The notes under the pieces were generated by a model. That model saw only the letters and a program-made list of their open reading frames with translations, had not been told where the DNA came from and searched no databases. Source: an uncultured Nitrospiraceae bacterium (GTDB taxonomy: Bacteria; Nitrospirota; Nitrospiria; Nitrospirales; Nitrospiraceae). Taken from it: a stretch of DNA of 64,000 nt. The stretch is taken from NCBI GenBank assembly GCA_963706325.1, contig CAVPLT010000007.1, positions 224,001 through 288,000 of the forward strand, given 5' to 3'. The translations under genes and the position numbers were made by a program. Positions 8,579-21,666 of the stretch are shown one piece after another (the stretch's first letter is position 1; every line of letters starts with the position of its first letter).

Positions 8579-9507
8579 CACGGACAACCGGATCTGGAAA
8601 GTATGAACAGCTCCTTGTGCGGTGCGAAAATTTGGAGCCGGTTCCAACCGCGGTGGCACATCCCTGTGAGGCAACGGCATTGTCTGGCGCTGTCGAAGCT
8701 TTCAAGCAAAGATTGATTGTGCCACTTTTGGTTGGACCAGCCGCCAGCATCGCAAAGACAGCTGCATCAGCCGGGATCGATCTGGGCAACCTGGAAATCA
8801 TTGATGTGCCGCATAGCCATGCGGCAGCGGAGAAGGCAGTTGCGCTCATTCGAGAAGGTCGCGCTGAAATACTGATGAAGGGAAGCCTGCACACGGATGA
8901 GTTAATGGGGGCGGCTATCTCACGCGAGGGTGGACTGCGCACAGGACGTCGAATCAGCCACGTGTTCATCATGGATGTTCCGACCTATCACAAGCCTCTG
9001 CTCATTACGGATGGCGCAATCAATATTGCTCCAACTTTGGAAGACAAAGTTGATATTTGTCAGAACGCCATCGATCTTGCAATCTCGCTTGGACGGGATA
9101 GACCAAAAGTCGCGATTCTCGCCGCGGTTGAAACTGTGACGTCGAAAATGCCGGCGACGATTGACGCCGCCGCGCTCTGCAAGATGGCGGAACGCGGACA
9201 GATCAAGAACGGCTTGTTAGATGGGCCGCTGGCGTTCGACAATGCCATCAGCAAGGAAGCAGCCGAGACGAAAGGCATTCAATCCGAGGTTGCAGGCGAT
9301 CCCGACATCTTGCTCGCCCCTGATTTGGAAGCCGGCAATATGCTCGCCAAGCAATTGAGCTTTCTCGCCAATGCCGATAGTGCTGGCATGGTTCTGGGTG
9401 CGAAGGTGCCCATCATTCTCACCAGTCGTGCCGACAGTGTGCGTTCCAGAATCGCCAGTTGTGCCGTTGCGGTATTAGTGGCTCATGCACGGCGGAAGAA
9501 GCCCTAA
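8575..9507 (+). CDS. Phosphate acetyl/butyryltransferase (Ptb-type)
   Basis: LMKGSLHT, DGPLAFDNA, PDLEAGN, PIILTSRADS; ATGA overlap with MFS. Confidence 0.9.
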   Translation: MTRTTGSGKYEQLLVRCENLEPVPTAVAHPCEATALSGAVEAFKQRLIVPLLVGPAASIAKTAASAGIDLGNLEIIDVPHSHAAAEKAVALIREGRAEILMKGSLHTDELMGAAISREGGLRTGRRISHVFIMDVPTYHKPLLITDGAINIAPTLEDKVDICQNAIDLAISLGRDRPKVAILAAVETVTSKMPATIDAAALCKMAERGQIKNGLLDGPLAFDNAISKEAAETKGIQSEVAGDPDILLAPDLEAGNMLAKQLSFLANADSAGMVLGAKVPIILTSRADSVRSRIASCAVAVLVAHARRKKP

Positions 9508-9517
9508 AGGTAGGACG

Positions 9518-10695
9518 ATGGACGACTACGCGCTCGTACTCAACGCCGGCTCGTCGAGTCTGAAATTCTGCGTTTTTCAGCGACCGGCTCTCCAAGCCTG
9601 GCGCCTCGAAGCACGAGGTCAAGTCGAAGGAATCGGTACGTCGCCTCGACTATCCGTCAAGGACGCCCACGGTAGTTCGCTCGTAAATCAGGATGTCGCC
9701 GTGCGTGACGGACGCGGAGCCATCGATGCGGTCGCAGTGTGGCTGAAATCGAAGTATGGTGGCTCGCACGTGGCTGCAGTCGGTCATCGCGTCGTCCATG
9801 GCGGGACACGTTTCAGCGGACCGATAGTCGTGAATCCCGAAGTTCTCGCAGCGTTGCGCGAGTTGGTTCCACTGGCACCCCTGCATCAGCCTCACAACCT
9901 GGCGGCCATCGAAGCTGTCTCTGAACGATTGCCCAACGTGCCGCAGGTTGCCTGTTTCGATACCAGCTTCCATTGTGGACACCCCGCCGTCGCCGACCTG
10001 ATCCCCCTGCCGCATGACCTTCGGCGGTTAGGCATTCAGAGATACGGCTTTCATGGTTTGTCTTACGAATATATCGCTTCGGTCCTGCCGGAGGTCGCGC
10101 CTGAGATTGCGCACGGACGCGTCATCGTCGCACATCTCGGAAGCGGCGCCAGCTTGTGCGCGCTCCAAAATGGCAGAAGTGTCGACAGCACGCTCGGATT
10201 CACCGCATTGGATGGCCTCTGTATGGGTACGAGACCCGGCGCGCTCGACCCTGGCGTCGTATTGCATCTCTTTCAAGGTCTGAAACTCTCAGCGAAAGAA
10301 GTAGAAGCAGTGCTGTACAAAAAGTCAGGTCTTCTCGGCATCTCAGGAATCAGTAACGACATGCGCGACCTCCTGGGACGACAGGAGCCGGAGGCACGGC
10401 TTGCGGTGGACTACTTCGTCTATCGCGCTGCGAAGGAAATTGGCGCGCTCGCGGCTGTTCTACGTGGCGTCGATGCCCTGGTGTTTACCGCCGGTATCGG
10501 AGAAAACTCGCCGGAGATTCGCCAGCGAATCTGTGAGGCGTCGGCGTGGCTGGGCATCGCACTCGATGCGGGGGCAAATGCCCAAAGGTCCAAGGATTTC
10601 GACAGCCGCAGAGCAAGGTTTCTGTGTGGGTGATCCCGACCAATGAAGAACTAATGATTGCCCGACATACCGCGTCTCTGCTTGGATTGCGCTAA
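9518..10695 (+). CDS. ackA: Acetate/propionate kinase; two frameshifts near the C-terminus as given (pseudogene or sequence error)
   Basis: [45 protein letters not shown]; conserved tail GPRIST and [15 protein letters not shown] lie in two other frames. Confidence 0.88.
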
Positions 10696-10712
10696 CGAAA
10701 GGAGAGAGGGCG

Positions 10713-12979
10713 ATGGCTACATCAGTTCCGGCAAAACTCGAATCCAAGGGCGCCAAGGCAACTCGGGCTGGGAGGGGTTCAATCTAGGGCTCTGGCAAAA
10801 GGAAATCAACGTTCGCAACTTTATCCAGCAGAATTACAAACCGTATGAAGGGAATCACTCCTTTCTCGCCCCAGCAACCGACCGTACCAAGAGGATCTGG
10901 AAAATCCTCACGGACCTTTTTGTAGAAGAACGTAAAAAGGGTGTTCTGGATGTATCCCAGATTCCCAGCTCCATCACTGCACACCGTCCAGGGTACATCG
11001 ATCGTGATAATGAAGTCATCGTTGGTCTGCAAACCGAGGCGCCCCTCAAGCGCGCAATCATGCCGAATGGCGGCTTCCGCATGGTGGTCAATGCGCTCAA
11101 AACGTACGGGTACGAACCAGAGCCACATCTGGTCGAGACTTTTACCAAATACCGAAAGACTCATAACGAGGCCGTGTTCGATGCGTATACGGCAGCCGTC
11201 AAGCTGTGTCGCAGTTCGCATATCCTGACTGGACTCCCCGACGCGTACGGTCGGGGTCGAATCATCGGCGACTACCGGCGCGTCGCCCTTTACGGTGTCG
11301 CGCGTCTGATCGAGCGCAAGCAGGAGGAGAAACGCAGCATCGATGACATGATGTCGACTGACGAGATCATTCGCGACCGCGAAGAACTCAGTGAACAGAT
11401 TCGCGCGCTCGAGGAACTGCAGAAAATGGCGGCCGCTTACGGATTCGATATTTCCATTCCGGCTCGCACGTCGCGCGAGGCTGTGCAGTGGCTCTACTTC
11501 GCATACTTGGCCGCGGTGAAAGAGCAAAACGGCGCGGCGATGTCCTTGGGACGGACCTCAACGTTTCTGGACATCTATTTCGAGCGTGACCTCGCAACAG
11601 GCGCGATCACCGAACAACAGGCGCAGGAAATCATCGATGACTTCGTCATCAAACTGCGCATTGTCCGTTTTTTGCGCACGCCGGAATACGATGAACTATT
11701 CGCGGGCGACCCAACGTGGGTCACCGAATCGATTGCCGGTATGGGAGATGATGGTCGGTCGCTCGTCACCAAGACGAGCTTTCGGTATCTACAGACGCTC
11801 TACAATCTCGGTCCGGCGCCGGAACCAAATCTGACGATATGGTATTCCCCGCGACTGCCCGATGATTTTCGTAGTTTCGCGGCAAAGGTAGCGATCGATA
11901 CGAGTTCAATTCAATTCGAAAACGACGAGATCATGCGAAGTACCTGGGGAGATGATGGTGCCATCGCGTGCTGTGTCTCGCCGATGCTGGTCGGCAAGCA
12001 AATGCAGTTTTTCGGGGCTCGAGCCAACATGGCAAAGTGTTTTTTGTACGCGATCAATGGCGGTCGAGATGAACTCACCGGGAAGCAGGTGGGTCCGGCG
12101 ACCGAGCCCGTCAAGGGAGAGTATCTCGATATCGAGGACGTGATAGATCGCTTCGAAGCGACGATGGACTGGCTCGCCGGTGTCTATGTCAACGCCATGA
12201 ATATCATCCACTACATGCACGACAAATATGCCTATGAGCGGATTGAAATGGCGCTTCACGATTATGCGCCGTTGCGAACCATGGCGTTTGGCATGGCGGG
12301 TATGTCCGTGGTTGCCGACAGCCTCTCTGCTATCCGTTATGCGAAGGTCCGCGTGGTCCGCGATCAGACAGGTCTCATTACCGACTATCAAACCGAAGGC
12401 GAGTTTCCTCAGTTTGGGAACAACGACAACCGCGTCGATCAGCTCGCGACCTGGATCGTGAGCACGTTCATGAAGAAACTGAGGAAATATCCGACATACC
12501 GACAGGCACTGCACACGCAATCGATCCTGACGATCACGTCAAATGTCGTCTATGGCAAGAACACCGGCAACACGCCCGATGGGAGGCGACAGGGACAGCC
12601 GTTCGCTCCCGGCGCCAATCCAATGCATGGACGGGATAAGCATGGCGTTCATGCGTCGGCTGCATCGGTCGCCAAAATTCCCTACCGGGACGCCGCCGAC
12701 GGCATTTCACTCACGACATCGTTGGTGCCGCAGGGCCTGGGAAGAGTGGAGGAGGATCGGATCAAGAATCTGCGGGGCATGCTTGACGCGTTTTTCGGCT
12801 CGACGGGCTATCACATGAACGTCAATGTATTGAACCGTGAAACCCTGCTTGACGCCATGGACCATCCCGAGAAGTATCCAAGTTTGACGATCCGGGTCTC
12901 GGGCTATGCCGTAAACTTTGTGCGCTTGTCCCGGGAGCAACAATTGGATGTCATCAATCGCACCTTCCACGGGTCGTGA
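10713..12979 (+). CDS. pflB: Pyruvate formate-lyase; 1-nt frameshift near codon 19 as given
   Basis: [27 protein letters not shown] glycyl-radical motif; RBS-preceded ATG 10713 (MATSVPAK) is out of frame with the long ORF 10658-12979. Confidence 0.93.
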
Positions 12980-13063
12980 CGGACGCGCTAATCAGCTTTA
13001 GAGGGGATAAACGAGAACTGGGGCTCTTGCTTCACAAACCGCCGTTGAAATAGGAGACGGTCT

Positions 13064-13909
13064 ATGCCTCCTGGTGAGACACATGAGTCTGGGTCGCTCG
13101 AGGCAAACAGCCCGTTCGAGCTTCGGGTGGACAAAGGCAGTCATGTCCCCGAGTCGACTATCAAACAAGCGCTCGAGAGCGGAGATATCGGATTCATCCA
13201 CTCATTTACCACGGGATCGGCTGTCGATGGACCGGGAATGCGGGTCGTAGCATGGCTGTCGGGATGCCAGTTCCGGTGCCTGTACTGCCACAACCCTGAC
13301 ACGTGGAGCCTAAGTAACGGCATGCCTGTGCCGTTGGCACGCGCGATCGAGGAGCTTCGCAAATATCGTCACGGGCTGAAGGTGATGTCCGGCGGGTTCA
13401 CCATCAGTGGTGGCGAGCCACTCATGCAGGATCGGTTTGTCGTCAAGTTATTCACCGCTACGCATGAAATGGGGATCCACACCGCGTTGGACACCAACGG
13501 TTTTCTCGGCGATCGCCTCAGCGACGGCGAGTTGGAAAAGATCAACCTCGTGCTGCTCGATATCAAAACCTGGGACGCCCAGCGACACCGACACCTGACC
13601 GGAAAGGATGTCGGCCCGACCATCGATTTCGCGCGCCGGCTGGCTGCCCGCAAACGGCCATGTTGGCTTCGTTTCGTCCTGGTGCCGGCATTAACCGACG
13701 ACCCGCAGGACATTTCGCGAATTGCCAAGTTCGCGGCTGGGCTGGGAAATATTGAACGCGTGGATGTACTGCCTTTTCATCAGTTGGGCCAATTCAAATG
13801 GAAAGAACTGGGTCTTGATTACACTCTGGAAAATACAGCGCCCCCGTCCCATGAACTGGTTCAACGCGTGTGCGCTCAATTCGCGGCGGAAGGCCTGAAG
13901 GTATACTGA
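13064..13909 (+). CDS. pflA: Pyruvate formate-lyase activating enzyme (radical SAM)
   Basis: VDGPG, CQFRCLYCHNPDT, SGGEP, LPFHQLG; adjacent to pflB. Confidence 0.95.
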   Translation: MPPGETHESGSLEANSPFELRVDKGSHVPESTIKQALESGDIGFIHSFTTGSAVDGPGMRVVAWLSGCQFRCLYCHNPDTWSLSNGMPVPLARAIEELRKYRHGLKVMSGGFTISGGEPLMQDRFVVKLFTATHEMGIHTALDTNGFLGDRLSDGELEKINLVLLDIKTWDAQRHRHLTGKDVGPTIDFARRLAARKRPCWLRFVLVPALTDDPQDISRIAKFAAGLGNIERVDVLPFHQLGQFKWKELGLDYTLENTAPPSHELVQRVCAQFAAEGLKVY

Positions 13910-14295
13910 TAGGCTGAATTGCACCCCGACACCCGGAGCAGCGGAGAACCATCACGAATTGGTTGGAATGTCAGGGAGTAGTCTGGAGTTGGCAAGAGAT
14001 GAAGTATAAAAAAATGGAAAACCTCGCAAAATCAAGTCATTGTTAAAAATATTCTGAATCGACTCTCCTAGAACACACCTGAACGATAAGCCGTCAGCCC
14101 GTCGCCGATCCTTCCCAAAATAGCCGTCATCGCCGCTATCGCACAGGCGCAGGCGATCGGCCGTTGCGGTCGTTCCCCCTTTGCTGAACCTGTCAAATCT
14201 GACAGTATCCGACGTCACCTCTCCATGCTACCTAATGACCGGATACACTTGGTCTACTTTTGCGTGAGAACGCAATGACGAAGGAGGTTCGGGGC

Positions 14296-17028
<2,733 letters not shown>

Positions 17029-17042
17029 AGAGGGGGTGCTAT

Positions 17043-17400
17043 ATAGTATGGTCTTCACACCCGCATCTATGAGATCAACACGTGAGTTTGGCTCAAGGAG
17101 CTGAGCCGTAAGTACAATCGTTCCGTCGCACTTGAGACGGTGCCCAAGGAGGAGTGGAATACGAGAGCGGACGCGCGTGCCGACGCGGTCTGGTTCATGG
17201 GGGTGTGGGCGCGAAGTCCAGCCGGTGACGATCGCGCGGACCAATCCGTCCTTCATGAGCGATTGTACCCCGCGCTCTCACCGGTCGTACGGATCGTGAC
17301 ATCGTCGGCCCCCCCTACTGCGTCCGCCGCTATGTGGTGGATGCAGTATTAGGAGGACAGGAGGGCTTGGCCGAGGCGAGGAAGCAGCTTGCAAGGCGAG
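17043..17400 (+). pseudogene. Alpha-amylase (GH13) family N-terminal remnant
   Basis: IYEINT*VWLKELSR...DAVWFMGVWARSPAG / DIVGPPYCVRRYVVDAVLGGQEGLAEARKQLARR; in-frame stop, frameshifts, truncation. Confidence 0.75.
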
Positions 17401-17494
17401 CGGTGAGCATGTGCATGATGGGGATGAATTCAGGCGATCCCTCGCTTGTACTACAACAGATTAACCGATCGTCACCAGTGCCCAGATCAGAAAG

Positions 17495-18955
17495 GTGAGA
17501 ATGACGAGGGACAGTGCTCAGGGTTTCGTGACTCGATGTTCTGTCCGCATCCCAACCATCGGAAAGCTTTTCTATCTTTCCATCATTCTCTTGTGCGTCG
17601 GATGTCGTGCAACCCCTGTCTTCTCTGTTCCAACCACGAATACACCCGCCACGTGCATCACACCGGCCGGCGATAAGAAACTACTCGTCGGTCTCGCGGT
17701 GTCGGGCGGAGGTAGTCGCGCAGCACTATTTGCGGCAGGAGCTTTCGAGGCGTTGGGCCGAATCGCCATTGGTCCTCAGAAGCAATCGTTGCTCGAGCAG
17801 GTCTCCTACATATCAAGCGTATCGGGCGGCAGCATGGCCTCGTCCTATTTTGCGCTCAAGAAACCGTCGCGGGACGTTTCAGTTCTGAATCAAACCGGAG
17901 AGATCAGCGCTGATTATCAACGGTTTTTTAAGAGTTTCAAAGAAAGCATGGGCAAAGACTATGAGGGGTTGTTGCTGTGGCGACAACTCGCCTATTTCCG
18001 TTGGTTCAACCCCTCTTGGACCGCCCAATCTCTTGCGGAAGGCCTCAGTGAAAATTATTTGGGCGAGGCCAAGTTTACAGACCTGGCTCAGCGGGAGACA
18101 CGAGGAGATAGCCCACGCCTTCTCATCAATACCACACTTTACAATGATGGACGGCGGTTTCTTTTGAGTACGCTTCCGCGGGAGAATTCTCAGTTCGACC
18201 TGATAGGCGACCTCGAGCATTTTCCGAAGATCATGTCGCTGGAGAAGCAGGCTCTCGACCTGATGCGCGTGAAGTGGGACAGTCTCATTTCCATGGTCCC
18301 GGAGGATTTAGGGATCAATGCCTGTCCGGTCCGAATTGCCGGCGCGGTCGCCGCCTCCATGTCTTTCCCGCCGATTATCGGCCCCATTACGCTTGGTGAC
18401 GCCAAGAGAGAACGCTATTGGCACATCGGAGATGGGGGATTGTCCGATAACACCGGCGGGGAATCATTGCTGATGGTGTTTTTGAAACAACTCCAGGAAG
18501 ATCCTAACCGGCGGGCCATCATGATACTCATCGATAGCTCGTTCCCCTTTTCCGTGGGGGGAGAAGTACTAGACCATCGGAAAGAAGGTTTTAGCCTGCT
18601 TAATTACGACTACTCGAGAATTCCTTCCATTATGGAAGAACGATCCCTGGCCTATCGAGGCTTGTTTCTTTCCATAGGGCAAAGCATAGGACTGCTGCCG
18701 GGCCCGGAGCGAATTCGAGTGATCCGCTTGCGACACACCGATGCTGTATGGAATGACAATCTGAATGACCTCCCGGACTCATGCAAAAAACAGCGAATCG
18801 ACTGGAAGTCCCCGAAGGACGTCGGCAAGCACCTTTCGGGAATCGTGACCCGATTGTGGCTCGAGTCGACCTGCGATCAGGATTTGATTCTCGCCGCCGC
18901 TGCCAAAGTGGTCGCTGCAAGTGAGAGCAATATCAGGACCTTCCTGGAGAGATGA
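17495..18955 (+). CDS. Patatin-like phospholipase (probable lipoprotein; start uncertain)
   Basis: SGGGSRA, SVSGG nucleophile elbow, DGG; LCVG-C. Confidence 0.85.
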   Translation: MRMTRDSAQGFVTRCSVRIPTIGKLFYLSIILLCVGCRATPVFSVPTTNTPATCITPAGDKKLLVGLAVSGGGSRAALFAAGAFEALGRIAIGPQKQSLLEQVSYISSVSGGSMASSYFALKKPSRDVSVLNQTGEISADYQRFFKSFKESMGKDYEGLLLWRQLAYFRWFNPSWTAQSLAEGLSENYLGEAKFTDLAQRETRGDSPRLLINTTLYNDGRRFLLSTLPRENSQFDLIGDLEHFPKIMSLEKQALDLMRVKWDSLISMVPEDLGINACPVRIAGAVAASMSFPPIIGPITLGDAKRERYWHIGDGGLSDNTGGESLLMVFLKQLQEDPNRRAIMILIDSSFPFSVGGEVLDHRKEGFSLLNYDYSRIPSIMEERSLAYRGLFLSIGQSIGLLPGPERIRVIRLRHTDAVWNDNLNDLPDSCKKQRIDWKSPKDVGKHLSGIVTRLWLESTCDQDLILAAAAKVVAASESNIRTFLER

Positions 18956-18982
18956 TCCTGGACATGGCTTCATCACAGTCAG

Positions 18983-20077
18983 ATGGGAGTTCCCATTTAC
19001 CAGGAGATCATGAACAGGAGCCATCGGGGAACTGAATCGGCTAAGGTGGGCAAACGGCCGCGAGTGGCGCTGATGGCCTTCATCGTGATCGTGTCGGCCT
19101 GTGCGCTCTTAACGGCATATGTGCTGGACAGCGGGTTGACGGCGGGTCGGTCCGTGCCCGCCGGGATGAAGTGGATCGCCGGTGGGGAATTCGACATGGG
19201 CTCAGACGAGCCGATGTTCGGAGATGCGCAGCCAATCCATCGAGTGTCTGTCGACGGATTTTGGATCGATGAGACCGAGGTCACGAATGCCCAATTCGCC
19301 GAGTTTGTGAAGACGACCGGTTATCTCACTGCGGCCGAACGGATCCCGAACGCGAAAGACTATCCGGGCGCTAAGCCCGAGATGTTATTTGCCGGATCGG
19401 TGGTCTTCTCTCCCTCTGATCAGGCGGTATCGCTCCACGACCATTTTCAGTGGTGGAACTACGTGAAGGGCGCCGATTGGCGGCATCCCGAGGGGAGCGG
19501 CAGTTCCATCGAGCGACGCATGGACCATCCGGTCGTGCATATCGCGTATGAAGACGCCGAGGCCTATGCCAAGTGGGCTGCGAAACGGCTTCCCACCGAG
19601 GCGGAGTGGGAGTTTGCGGCGCGCGGTGGTCTCGCGAGGAAGAAATTTGTCTGGGGCGATTCATTCCTGCCGGACGGCCATGCCATGGCAAATACCTTCC
19701 AGGGCCACTTCCCCGATCGCAACACGCAGGAAGACGGGTACATCTCCACGTCGCCCGTGAAAGGTTTTCCCCATAACGGATATGGTCTCTATGGCATGGC
19801 CGGGAATGTCTGGGAATGGACCGCCGACTGGTACCGCCACGATACCTATATCCGTCGTGGGGCTACCCATGAACCAGTCCGCAATCCGAAAGGTCCGACC
19901 GTACAGGACAGTTTCGATCCATCCGAGCCTGGTGTCGCCAAACGAGTTCATAAAGGCGGCTCGTTCCTTTGCACCGATCAATACTGCGCGCGTTATATGC
20001 CGGGAGGACGGGGCAAGGGCGCACCCGATACCGGCACGAATCATCTGGGGTTTCGGTTGGTGCGCGATGCCGCATAA
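18983..20077 (+). CDS. Formylglycine-generating enzyme (SUMF1/FGE) family protein
   Basis: HPVVHI, RLPTEAEWEFAARGG, GNVWEW, GGSFLCTDQYCARY, HLGFR. Confidence 0.92.
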   Translation: MGVPIYQEIMNRSHRGTESAKVGKRPRVALMAFIVIVSACALLTAYVLDSGLTAGRSVPAGMKWIAGGEFDMGSDEPMFGDAQPIHRVSVDGFWIDETEVTNAQFAEFVKTTGYLTAAERIPNAKDYPGAKPEMLFAGSVVFSPSDQAVSLHDHFQWWNYVKGADWRHPEGSGSSIERRMDHPVVHIAYEDAEAYAKWAAKRLPTEAEWEFAARGGLARKKFVWGDSFLPDGHAMANTFQGHFPDRNTQEDGYISTSPVKGFPHNGYGLYGMAGNVWEWTADWYRHDTYIRRGATHEPVRNPKGPTVQDSFDPSEPGVAKRVHKGGSFLCTDQYCARYMPGGRGKGAPDTGTNHLGFRLVRDAA

Positions 20078-21529
20078 ATGAACACCTCGCATGGGGGAAG
20101 AATCGCAATGAGCTTGAACCGTTCCTGGCCTATTCCTGTTGTTTTGGGGCTTCTGCTTACTTGGATGCCAGGCTGCGGTGGTACTCAGCTTGAAATTCCC
20201 AGACCGACCGACGCGCTCAAGCCCCCTCCACCCGCACAGCCCGTCGAACCTTCAGTGGTGAATATCAAAGTCAGTGTTCCCCTCAGTGAGTTGGCCACGG
20301 TGGCAGATGGCGCGGTGCCCCGATCGTCGGGACGAGAAGATTCATGGCAGGAAGGTGGACCGCTGCCGGATCGGGGCGCTATACAATATCAATACTGGGT
20401 TGTTCGCGGGCCGCTTAATGTGACCGCCGACGAAGACCGTCTGGTCAGTGATTTTCCAGGGATGCAGTATCGTGCTGCATTCCGGATGCTCCTGCCTGAG
20501 GGCATGACATTTGAGGGGCGGTGCGGATACGGGAATGATCCGCCCAAACGACTACGGCTGATCGCGCGCTCTCGATTGAGTTGGACGGACCAATGGACCG
20601 TGAAATCCGATACTGCGTTTGATCCTCCTGAATTCCGCGATGCCTGTCGGATCGCCGGAATGGATGCAGATGTCACACCATTCGTTCAATCCATTGTGGA
20701 GAGCCGTCTTCCGTCGTTGGCGGCGGCGATCGACGCGAAGGTCAAGGAACGGAGTGAATCGAGACAACGAGCGCAAAAAGTATGGAGCAATCTCCACAAA
20801 CCACGGGAACTCGGTCCTGGACGATGGCTCATGTTGAATCCGAAAAACGTCCAGGTTAGTCCGATCGCGTCCAATGGACAGATCATTCAATCATCGGTGA
20901 ATCTCATTCTTCAGCCTGAGCTTCGCATGGGCACGATGCCGTCTATCCAGGAACAACCGCTTCCTCCTTTGCGACTGGCGCCGGCTTCTCTCGAGGGGTT
21001 CCATCTCGTTGTCCCGATTGTCGCCGATTATGCGCTGGTCAATCAACGCATGCAGCAGCGGTTGATTGGGCAGGAGTTCCAACCGCCGATCGGAGACTCC
21101 ATCCAGATCACCTCCGCGCAATTGTACGGGAGCGGTGAGAGTCTTATTGTGGAGTTGGGCGTCACGGGAGGGATGAAGGGCAAGCTGTATGCCACGGGAA
21201 AGCCCACATACGACAGCGAAACCAAGACTCTACGGTTTCAGCACTTCGACTACACGACGGACACAAGGAACGTGGTCGTCCACTCAGCCGATTCCCTTTT
21301 TCACCAGGATTTCCTCGCACGGATCGAACCGGAAACGCGCATCGACCTGTCTGATCGGATAGAAGGGTTGCGCTCACGGCTCTCGTCCCTGTTGACGCGC
21401 GAGGTAGAGCCCGGTCTGTGGCTTGAAGGGACCGTGAACAAACTGGATGCCCTGGGAATCTATCCAGTGCCCGGCGGGGTTGAGGTTCAGGTCGTTGCTG
21501 ACGGTATTCTACAACTCTCCACCCACTAG
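20078..21529 (+). CDS. DUF4403-like lipoprotein
   Basis: Lipobox-like MPG-C; GKLYATGKPTYD...FDY pattern recalls DUF4403. Confidence 0.7.
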   Translation: MNTSHGGRIAMSLNRSWPIPVVLGLLLTWMPGCGGTQLEIPRPTDALKPPPPAQPVEPSVVNIKVSVPLSELATVADGAVPRSSGREDSWQEGGPLPDRGAIQYQYWVVRGPLNVTADEDRLVSDFPGMQYRAAFRMLLPEGMTFEGRCGYGNDPPKRLRLIARSRLSWTDQWTVKSDTAFDPPEFRDACRIAGMDADVTPFVQSIVESRLPSLAAAIDAKVKERSESRQRAQKVWSNLHKPRELGPGRWLMLNPKNVQVSPIASNGQIIQSSVNLILQPELRMGTMPSIQEQPLPPLRLAPASLEGFHLVVPIVADYALVNQRMQQRLIGQEFQPPIGDSIQITSAQLYGSGESLIVELGVTGGMKGKLYATGKPTYDSETKTLRFQHFDYTTDTRNVVVHSADSLFHQDFLARIEPETRIDLSDRIEGLRSRLSSLLTREVEPGLWLEGTVNKLDALGIYPVPGGVEVQVVADGILQLSTH

Positions 21530-21666
21530 GTCTCCATTTCCGTTGGGCGTGTCTTCATTCACATGGGATAGCATTCCGTTGGAGAAACCGGTAGAACAGC
21601 GACGCGTCTGCCTCACACCGGTATTCAGATGCATAGGGTTAACCTGGGCGAGAGAGGAGCGGACAG

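Noticed and set aside
10658..10712. TTG start for pflB giving an uninterrupted 773-aa ORF
   Set aside because: Overlaps the ackA tail and lacks an RBS; ATG 10713 has AAGGAG/GAGGG upstream.
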